From: an uncultured Candidatus Saccharibacteria bacterium
Lineage (GTDB): Bacteria; Patescibacteriota; CPR2; UBA1875; CAIMLA01
Direction of reading: 5' to 3'
Assembly: GCA_964593075.1 (NCBI GenBank)
Contig: CAZQGP010000121.1
Span: 1-25,132 of the forward strand
Length of the DNA stretch: 25,132 bases
Shown: in pieces, positions 1-6,815 of the stretch
Layout of the letters: each line of letters opens with the position of its first letter
Numbering within the stretch: the stretch's first letter is position 1
Position numbers and translations under genes: made by a program
Notes under the pieces: generated by a model
The model's input: only the letters and a program-made list of their open reading frames with translations
Told to the model about the DNA's origin: nothing
Databases searched by the model: none

Positions 1-45
1 GCTTACTTGATCTAATTCTTTTCTACTCATCAGTACATACTCCAT
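1..45 (-). CDS. N-terminus (partial) of probable ISNCY/IS1202-family transposase, MEYVLMSRKELDQVS...
   Basis: TAAGGAGG (58-51) precedes ATG at 45-43, and the frame is open to the edge. MSxKEL resembles the start of IS1202-type transposases (recalled, not searched). Confidence 0.65.
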   Translation of the reverse strand, partial: MEYVLMSRKELDQVS

Positions 46-140
46 TCTTTCCTCCTTATCATTAATTGGTTTAATTCTGACAGGAAGAATAGGAAGTTTC
101 TACTTTGCTAATAATAGGAGATTACTACTTTGCGCTAACA
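1..140 (-). mobile_element. Left end (IRL and transposase start) of an IS1202/ISNCY-like insertion sequence, truncated by the window edge
   Basis: The minus strand from 140 reads TGTTAGC-GCAAAGTAG-N16-GCAAAGTAGAAACTTCC: a TGT terminus plus two tandem 9-bp motifs (125-133, 100-108). The same architecture occurs inverted at 24994-25033. It is followed by an SD and a transposase-like N-terminus. Confidence 0.8.
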
Positions 141-156
141 AAACCTTTTTGTTTAC

Positions 157-185
157 TTTACAAAAAGAATCCATAGGTCTAAAAT
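157..185 (+). promoter_or_regulatory. Sigma70-type promoter for pyrG
   Basis: TTTACA (157-162), 17 bp, TAAAAT (180-185). An 8-bp inverted repeat (CTTTTTGT 145-152 / ACAAAAAG 160-167) overlaps the -35. Confidence 0.55.
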
Positions 186-199
186 ATCTTAAGGTGGGT

Positions 200-219
200 G
201 TCCCGAAAGGGATTTTTTT
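200..219 (+). terminator. Short GNRA hairpin with U-tract in the pyrG leader (candidate attenuator)
   Basis: GTCCC-GAAA-GGGAT followed by a T run, between the promoter and the ATG at 236. The stem is only 5 bp. Confidence 0.4.
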
Positions 220-235
220 ATAAAACAAAGGGTTC

Positions 236-1843
236 ATGGCTAAAGACACAAAATACATCTTCGTAACTGGTGGAGTTTTGTCCGGCCTCGGCAAGGGGAT
301 ATTTGCTGCCTCTCTAGGCAACATCCTAAAAAGTCGGGGTTTTTACGTTAATATGCAAAAGTGCGATCCATATCTAAATGTTGATGCTGGAACGCTAAAC
401 CCTGGAGAGCATGGGGAGGTTTTTGTAACTGACGATGGAGCGGAAACTGACCTAGACATTGGTCATTATGAGAGATTTATCGATCGCAATATGACTAAGA
501 TTAGTTCAATAATGACCGGTCGGATCTATACTGAAGTTCTCGAAGATGAAAGAAAAGGAAAGTACCTTGGGAAAACCGTTCAAGTTATCCCACATATTAC
601 AAATAAAATTCAAAAGTTTATTATGGATGCGGGCAAGGGTTTTGATATTCATATCGTCGAGATTGGTGGAACAGTTGGAGACTATGAAGGATTGCATTTT
701 ATCGAAGCAATTCGCCAAATGCGCCGTAAGGTGGGTCGAGAGAACGTCCTCTACGCCCATCTTGTTTACTTGCCATATCTTGAAACTTCACAAGAGTTAA
801 AAACAAAACCAGCTCAATCTTCTGTACGGGATCTTCTGGCCCTGGGTATTCACGCTCAGATTATCGGTTGTCGGGCTGAACATGAAATAGAGGCAGAGCA
901 TTTGAAAAAAATTGCTCTCTTCTCTGATGTCGACCTTCAAGCAGTTGTTCCTTTGCCAACAATTAGCAGCGTATACCAGGTTCCAGAGAATTTAGAAAAA
1001 TCGGGACTAGGTGATTATGTATGTGAAGAATTAGGGTTGCCAAAAAGAGCTAGAAAAGGCAATGGTTGGGAAAAATATTTATATAATTTGAGCCACGCAT
1101 CGGGAGAGATAAAGATTGGTTTAATTGCTAAATATATGTCAAATGAGGATACCTACAAAAGTGTAAATGAGGCGATCCAGTCTGCTGCCATCTCACATAA
1201 TAAATTAGCCAAGATTATTTGGATTGGGGCAGAAAAAATTGAAAAAGAGGGGACAAAAGCTTTGTCGGGACTTGATGGAATAATTATCCCCGGTGGATTT
1301 GGGAATCGAGGCACAGAAGGAAAAATTTTGGCAGCCAGATATGCGAGAGAAAATAATATACCCTATTTAGGCCTATGTTTGGGGATGCAAATTGCAGTGA
1401 TCGAATTTGCTCGAAACGTTTTAAACTTAGAGAATGCAAATAGTGGCGAATTTGATCACAAATCACAGCACGAAGTCATTCATATAATGCCAGAACAGAG
1501 ACAGTGTATGGATGAGGATAATTATGGGGCAACGATGCGGCTGGGAGCTTACCCTTGTCTTTTGAATCATAAATCAAAATCTTATGCGTTATATCTAAAA
1601 GAAAAGATAAGCGAGAGACATCGTCATCGTTATGAATTTAATAATGACTATCGAGAAGTGTTTACAAAAGCCGGGATGTTAATTGCGGGAACTTCTCCTA
1701 ACAATCATTTAGTGGAGATTATTGAACTACCTGAACACAAATATTTTATCGGCGTTCAATTCCATCCTGAGTTTAAGTCTAGACCAGATCATGCGCATCC
1801 GCTTTTCGATGGATTTATCAAGGCTTGTCTTGATAAAGGATAA
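236..1843 (+). CDS. pyrG: CTP synthase
   Basis: KYIFVTGGVLSGLGKG, DPYLNVDAGT, GEVFVTDDGAETDLDIGHYERF, GATase nucleophile GLCLGMQ, ERHRHRYE, QFHPEF. Confidence 0.99.
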   Translation: MAKDTKYIFVTGGVLSGLGKGIFAASLGNILKSRGFYVNMQKCDPYLNVDAGTLNPGEHGEVFVTDDGAETDLDIGHYERFIDRNMTKISSIMTGRIYTEVLEDERKGKYLGKTVQVIPHITNKIQKFIMDAGKGFDIHIVEIGGTVGDYEGLHFIEAIRQMRRKVGRENVLYAHLVYLPYLETSQELKTKPAQSSVRDLLALGIHAQIIGCRAEHEIEAEHLKKIALFSDVDLQAVVPLPTISSVYQVPENLEKSGLGDYVCEELGLPKRARKGNGWEKYLYNLSHASGEIKIGLIAKYMSNEDTYKSVNEAIQSAAISHNKLAKIIWIGAEKIEKEGTKALSGLDGIIIPGGFGNRGTEGKILAARYARENNIPYLGLCLGMQIAVIEFARNVLNLENANSGEFDHKSQHEVIHIMPEQRQCMDEDNYGATMRLGAYPCLLNHKSKSYALYLKEKISERHRHRYEFNNDYREVFTKAGMLIAGTSPNNHLVEIIELPEHKYFIGVQFHPEFKSRPDHAHPLFDGFIKACLDKG

Positions 1844-1891
1844 TTATCGCCTCACTTTATTACATAATTACTAATTTGATACACAATCTAT

Positions 1892-2356
1892 ATGCGTGAC
1901 GACAAATGGTTATTTGCAAAACTTGATGAAGTCTGGGATAGTATATTCCCAGATATTTATCAGGAGAATGAAGTTAGGATAGTTTGGGGAAGAAAAGCCC
2001 GGAGGCGGTTAGGATCCATAAAGGCCGGGGAAAAAAGCGGAGAGCTACACCCCGAAACAATTATTACAATAAATAGTTTGTTTAAAGACGAACAAATACC
2101 TGAATTTGTCGTTATTGGAACAATCGCACATGAGCTTGCTCATTATGCTCATGGTTTCCATTCTCCAATCGATCGAAAGTTCGAGACCCCTCACGCTGGT
2201 GGAGTTGTGAATCAAGAACTAAAGAAGAGGGGGCTTGAGAAAATACTACGAATGCAGAAAAGGTGGCTTAAGGAAAACTGGGAAACCTATCTAAATGAGA
2301 AGTTGCCAAGTTCTAGAAAAAGAAGAAAAAGAAGAGTTATTATTAAATGGATTTGA
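1892..2356 (+). CDS. SprT-like zinc metalloprotease-fold protein
   Basis: WGRKARRRLGSI, ITIN, HELAHYAH (HExxH), downstream PH, very basic C-terminal tail. Confidence 0.65.
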   Translation: MRDDKWLFAKLDEVWDSIFPDIYQENEVRIVWGRKARRRLGSIKAGEKSGELHPETIITINSLFKDEQIPEFVVIGTIAHELAHYAHGFHSPIDRKFETPHAGGVVNQELKKRGLEKILRMQKRWLKENWETYLNEKLPSSRKRRKRRVIIKWI

Positions 2357-2382
2357 GACAAAGATCTAATTTAGGAAAATTA

Positions 2383-3006
2383 ATGAGATTAAAAATTGAA
2401 AAAATAACGGTTGGGCTTTTAGCAACAAATTGTTACTTAGTAATGGCAGAAAACCATGAAGTGGCGATTATAGATCCGGGAGATGATCCCGATAAAATTA
2501 TTGAGCATATTGAAAGACTTGGCAAGATTAAGGTTAAATACATTATGTTAACTCATGCTCACTATGATCACGTGGCAGCAGTATACCGAGTTCACGCAAA
2601 ATATCCAAAAGCAGAAATATTAATATCAGAGTGTGACGGAGAGTTTCCTAAAGAAGTAAAAGAAAAGGATGCGATGTTTAATATCGTTTTCCCTGGTTTA
2701 AATAATGATTACAGGGCTGTTAAAGAAGGTCAAAAAATATATTTAGGAGACACTTATTTTAAAGTTTTAGAAACACCGGGGCATACCAAAGGAAGTGTCT
2801 GCTACCTGATAGATAAATATCTTTTTTCAGGTGATACTCTTTTTTATAAATCCCATGGGAATACTGAATTCCCGGGAGGGAGCGAGATTGAAATGAATAA
2901 AAGTTTGATTAAATTGTCGGCCCTCCCTGAAAACATTATTGTTTATCCGGGCCATCTGATTGAAACAACGATTGGAAATGAAAAAAATAATGGTTTTTTG
3001 TCATAG
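2383..3006 (+). CDS. MBL-fold metallo-hydrolase (glyoxalase II-like, YcbL/GloC type)
   Basis: NCYLV, IIDPG, THAHYDH, TPGHTKGS, FSGDTLF, YPGH. Start placed at ATG 2383 (AGGA upstream); 2347 is the alternative. Confidence 0.92.
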   Translation: MRLKIEKITVGLLATNCYLVMAENHEVAIIDPGDDPDKIIEHIERLGKIKVKYIMLTHAHYDHVAAVYRVHAKYPKAEILISECDGEFPKEVKEKDAMFNIVFPGLNNDYRAVKEGQKIYLGDTYFKVLETPGHTKGSVCYLIDKYLFSGDTLFYKSHGNTEFPGGSEIEMNKSLIKLSALPENIIVYPGHLIETTIGNEKNNGFLS

Positions 3007-3029
3007 TCATAGTCTATTATAGTATTGAT

Positions 3030-3106
3030 CGGGGTGTGGCGCAGTTCGGTAGCGCGCATCGTTCGGGACGATGAGGTCGTGGGTTCGAATCCCGCCACCC
3101 CGACCA
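3030..3106 (+). tRNA. tRNA-Pro, anticodon CGG
   Basis: Acceptor stem CGGGGTG/CACCCCG, anticodon arm CATCG-TTCGGGA-CGATG (CGG at 3064-3066), GGTTCGAATCC T-arm, discriminator A and encoded CCA (3104-3106). Confidence 0.98.
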
Positions 3107-3174
3107 GAGAATGAATTAAGAATATAAATATTGGTGTTATAAATCAAAGCGGTAGAGTATAAATAGAGTTCTGC

Positions 3175-4269
3175 TTGCCCAAAGCGAAAAAATTTTATAG
3201 AATAAACGATGCGGTATTTTTAAAGTGTGGAGTAAACATTAAGTATATAAATCAATTTTATCTTTATCTGGAGAAAAGTAGACTCGGACCATTTCTAAGA
3301 CATACAAAAAAAACTTTCTTAACCATCAATAAAGCCCGACATAAAATATTTAGGGGCAGTAATCTTTATTTTTTTGTTTTCCTTTATTTTGCAGTGATTC
3401 TTGGTATCATGTTCTATTTTGGATGGTGGATATCGCCCGACCGATTTATTGTTTTTGGTTTAATTCTAGCGGTCATTGTCGCCAACCCTTTTAAATTTTT
3501 AAAAGATTGGTCGCCTCTTGTTTTACTCCTTCTAGGTTACGAGTTTCTACGAGGACTCGCTCCAATGTTAAACGCTAAAGTAAATATATATCCCTTGATT
3601 AACGCTGATAAGTTTTTATTTGGAGGGCATATCCCACCGATTGAACTACAAAAATGGCTATATGTACCAGGACAGCTGCATTTTTATGATTTTATTTTTA
3701 CGATTTTGTATATGATGCATTTTGCTCTGCCTTTAATTTTTGGATTTTATCTTTGGACAAAAAAGAGAGAGAGATTCAGGCATTTTATGATTGCACTTCT
3801 TATTCTATCTTACCTTGGTTTTATTACTTATATTCTTTATCCAGCAATGCCACCTTGGATGGCGGCCGAGAAAGGAATAATCCCTCAGGTTTATAATATT
3901 TTTAATCTTGGAGCAGCAAAATTTTTCCGTGGTGGTTCCTTCCCGAGTATCTATTGGATGTTTAGTCCAAATCCAGTTGCGGCTATGCCATCGCTCCATG
4001 CTGCTTATCCTACCTTAGTTTTCCTCTATTTACTTAAGTACTTTGGCAAAAAAATGTGGTGGTTTTCCATTTATGTCTTTGGGGTGTGGTTTGCCATTAT
4101 CTATCTAGGGCACCATTATGTTATCGATGCGATAGTGGGAATTATATATGCGGTTGTGACTTTTTATGCAGTCGAATCCTTTCTCTCTTGGCGTGAGAAA
4201 AAGCAAAAAGAAGCCAAGAAAATACAAAAAAATAACCAAGGAAAATCTGAAACTAAAACAAAAGTTTAG
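3175..4269 (+). CDS. PAP2-superfamily integral membrane phosphoesterase/phosphotransferase (Aur1/IPC-synthase-like)
   Basis: Multiple TM helices, YPAMPPW, AAMPSLHAAYP, YLGHHYVID. The TTG start is uncertain. Confidence 0.85.
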   Translation: MPKAKKFYRINDAVFLKCGVNIKYINQFYLYLEKSRLGPFLRHTKKTFLTINKARHKIFRGSNLYFFVFLYFAVILGIMFYFGWWISPDRFIVFGLILAVIVANPFKFLKDWSPLVLLLLGYEFLRGLAPMLNAKVNIYPLINADKFLFGGHIPPIELQKWLYVPGQLHFYDFIFTILYMMHFALPLIFGFYLWTKKRERFRHFMIALLILSYLGFITYILYPAMPPWMAAEKGIIPQVYNIFNLGAAKFFRGGSFPSIYWMFSPNPVAAMPSLHAAYPTLVFLYLLKYFGKKMWWFSIYVFGVWFAIIYLGHHYVIDAIVGIIYAVVTFYAVESFLSWREKKQKEAKKIQKNNQGKSETKTKV

Positions 4270-4312
4270 TTTGTCCACTTGTTTAATTCATCATTTCGCC
4301 TAAAATTAAAAT

Positions 4313-5362
4313 ATGAATAACAATGAATTAGTAATATTGGTTATGGTTGCAATTATTGGTTTTGCGGTGATTATAATCTTTATTAATAAAAAACTTACAG
4401 ATATAAAAAGCGAGAAGCCGGATGATAAATTTTTGCTTTCGATACAACAACAGTTGAGTGATGTTTCAAAACAATTAAACACTGGTATTCTAGAATCGTC
4501 AAAAATTATGCAGAGACAGTTTGATTCAAGTACTAATATTATTAAAGGAGTAACGGAGAAACTATCAAATTTAGAAAATACCAACAAACAAGTTATGGGA
4601 ATCGCCGATCAGTTGCAAGGATTAGAAAATGTCTTAAAAAATCCAAAACAACGAGGGATATTAGGTGAATATTATCTTGAAACTTTGTTAAAAAATCTTT
4701 TTCAGCCGAATCAATATAAAATGCAGTACAAGTTCAAAGATGGAAATATTGCAGACGCGGTTATTTTTATGAGAGACAAAATAATCCCGATAGATTCAAA
4801 GTTTTCTCTCGAGAATTATAATAAAATAATCGAAGAGAAAGACTTGGCCAGGAAGGAAACACTAGAAAAAGTTTTCAAATCAGACTTAAAGAGCCGAATT
4901 GACGAAACCTCTAAGTATATTAAACCAAAGGAAAATACTTACGATTTTGCGTTTATGTTTATTCCTTCAGAAGGGGTATATTATGATCTTTTGGTTAACC
5001 AGGTTGGGGCGGTTAAGGTAAATACCAGAGATTTGATTGAATATGCTTTTAAAGAAAAGAGGGTTATCATCGTTTCACCTACTTCTTTTGCCGCATATCT
5101 ACAAACGGTCCTACAGGGATTAAAGGCGATGGTCGTAGAAGAATCCATTAAAGAGATAGTCGACAACATAAGCAAACTGGGCAATCACCTGAACTCTTAT
5201 GAATCATATTTTAATAAACTTGGAAGCAATTTATCAACTACCGTCAATATGTATAATAGTGCTAATAAAGAATTCGGCAAAATTGATAAAGATATAACTA
5301 AAATAACGGGCGAATCGATTGACTCAGAATTGTTGCAAATCGACAAACCAAACGACGACTAA
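4313..5362 (+). CDS. rmuC: DNA recombination protein RmuC family
   Basis: N-terminal TM, coiled coil, NPKQRGILGE, IPIDSKF, DFAFMFIPSEGVY, VSPTS. Confidence 0.92.
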   Translation: MNNNELVILVMVAIIGFAVIIIFINKKLTDIKSEKPDDKFLLSIQQQLSDVSKQLNTGILESSKIMQRQFDSSTNIIKGVTEKLSNLENTNKQVMGIADQLQGLENVLKNPKQRGILGEYYLETLLKNLFQPNQYKMQYKFKDGNIADAVIFMRDKIIPIDSKFSLENYNKIIEEKDLARKETLEKVFKSDLKSRIDETSKYIKPKENTYDFAFMFIPSEGVYYDLLVNQVGAVKVNTRDLIEYAFKEKRVIIVSPTSFAAYLQTVLQGLKAMVVEESIKEIVDNISKLGNHLNSYESYFNKLGSNLSTTVNMYNSANKEFGKIDKDITKITGESIDSELLQIDKPNDD

Positions 5363-5380
5363 AATCTATTAATTAAGTAT

Positions 5381-5409
5381 TTGTTGAAGCATGATTATTT
5401 TGCTATAAT
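5381..5409 (+). promoter_or_regulatory. Extended -10 promoter heading the pheST operon (probably leaderless)
   Basis: TTGTTG (5381-5386), 17 bp, TATAAT (5404-5409) preceded by TGc. The ATG at 5416 lies 6 nt after the -10 with no SD. Confidence 0.6.
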
Positions 5410-5415
5410 TTTGCT

Positions 5416-5814
5416 ATGCAGAAACAATTCACCAAAATAATGCTATTTGGATTTATTTTATTTGGTTTAGTCCTAACATGTATTGTTTTGCGTTTAAACC
5501 CACAACAAGGTGTGCTGGTTATCTCTCTTTTTTATTTTTCATTGATAGCCGTAATCTCTTGCTTCTTTAGTCTGATAAATTTTTACATAAGAAGAAAACT
5601 TAGAAATAATGAAATATATTTTGCTAATATCAAGGTTTCCTTTAGACAATCATTTATATTAGCGATTTTTGTTGGAATAACCTTGTTTTTAGCTTCTATT
5701 AGACTATTAACATGGTGGGATATGATATTACTGGCACTCTCCCTAATCCTTCTAGAATTATACTTCGAATCAAACAAGTCAAAACCGATAGCTGGAAAAG
5801 GGCAAGTAGTTTAA
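5416..5814 (+). CDS. Hypothetical 4-TM membrane protein
   Basis: Four hydrophobic segments and an SFRQS motif. Its stop overlaps the pheS start (TAATG). Confidence 0.8.
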   Translation: MQKQFTKIMLFGFILFGLVLTCIVLRLNPQQGVLVISLFYFSLIAVISCFFSLINFYIRRKLRNNEIYFANIKVSFRQSFILAIFVGITLFLASIRLLTWWDMILLALSLILLELYFESNKSKPIAGKGQVV

Positions 5815-6815
5815 TGGAAGAAAAAATAAGAAATATAATGGAAGCAGTCAACAAGGGGCTTGAGACTGCAACGAATAAAAATATAAATGATATTTATTCA
5901 AAATTTTTAGGACGAAAGTCGGAAATTAATGAAATTTTAAAATCCTTAGGGAGTCTCTCCTTAGACGAAAGAAAAAAAATTGGAGCATTAGCGAATAAAA
6001 CACGCAGAGAGATAGAAATAGAAATTGAGAATAAAAGATTGTTACTCCAACCAAAAAAAGCAGGTTCAAACTTTGATTTGACTGCTCCAGGGAAAGCATT
6101 CCCTGTCGGACATTTGCATCCTGTGACCCAAACAATATCAAAAATATTAGAAATTTGTACTTCATTGGGGTATGAGATTGTTGACGGGCCGGAAGTTGAA
6201 AATGATTGGTATAACTTTGAAGCCCTAAATATACCACCTGAGCATCCAGCTCGAGACATGCAAGACACTTTTTATTTAACTGATGGAAACGTATTAAGAA
6301 CTCACACTTCACCAGTTCAGATTCGTTATACCGAAAACCACAAGCCACCGATAAAAATTATTTCACCTGGTAGATGTTACCGAAATGAAAACGAAGACGC
6401 ATCTCATAGCTGGTCATTTCATCAGATTGAAGCTTTGGTTATTGATGAGAAAATAACTTTTTCTGACTTAAAAGGAACCCTAGAAGTATTGGCCAGGGCT
6501 TTGCTTGGATCAGAAACAAAAATTCGCTTTCGGCCTAGTTTTTTCCCTTATACAGAACCAAGTGCGGAGATTGATGCTTCTTGCCCCCATTGTTCTGGTA
6601 TGGGTTGCAGTTCCTGTGGACATTCAGGTTGGTTGGAATTACTAGGGGCTGGAATGGTTCACCCCAATGTTTTAAGTAACATGAAAATTGATTCAGACAA
6701 ATACTCTGGGTTTGCTTTTGGTTTGGGTCCTGAGAGAATAGCCGCGATTAAATATCAAATTCCAGATGTTCGATATTTTTGGCATCCTGATATTAAATTT
6801 TTGGAGCAATTCTGA
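5814..6815 (+). CDS. pheS: Phenylalanine--tRNA ligase alpha subunit
   Basis: GHLHP, NFEALNIPPEHPARDMQDTFY, LRTHTSPVQIR, FHQIE, FRPSFFPYTEPS, CxxC-x4-CxxC, GFAFGLGPER. Start reassigned from 5712 to ATG 5814. Confidence 0.99.
   Translation: MEEKIRNIMEAVNKGLETATNKNINDIYSKFLGRKSEINEILKSLGSLSLDERKKIGALANKTRREIEIEIENKRLLLQPKKAGSNFDLTAPGKAFPVGHLHPVTQTISKILEICTSLGYEIVDGPEVENDWYNFEALNIPPEHPARDMQDTFYLTDGNVLRTHTSPVQIRYTENHKPPIKIISPGRCYRNENEDASHSWSFHQIEALVIDEKITFSDLKGTLEVLARALLGSETKIRFRPSFFPYTEPSAEIDASCPHCSGMGCSSCGHSGWLELLGAGMVHPNVLSNMKIDSDKYSGFAFGLGPERIAAIKYQIPDVRYFWHPDIKFLEQF

Noticed and set aside
3030..3106. tRNA-Pro as an integration site
   Set aside because: No integrase nearby and I found no duplicate of the tRNA 3' end in the window.
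6581..6617. CxxC-x4-CxxC in PheS as a novelty
   Set aside because: This Cys cluster is common in many bacterial PheS proteins.
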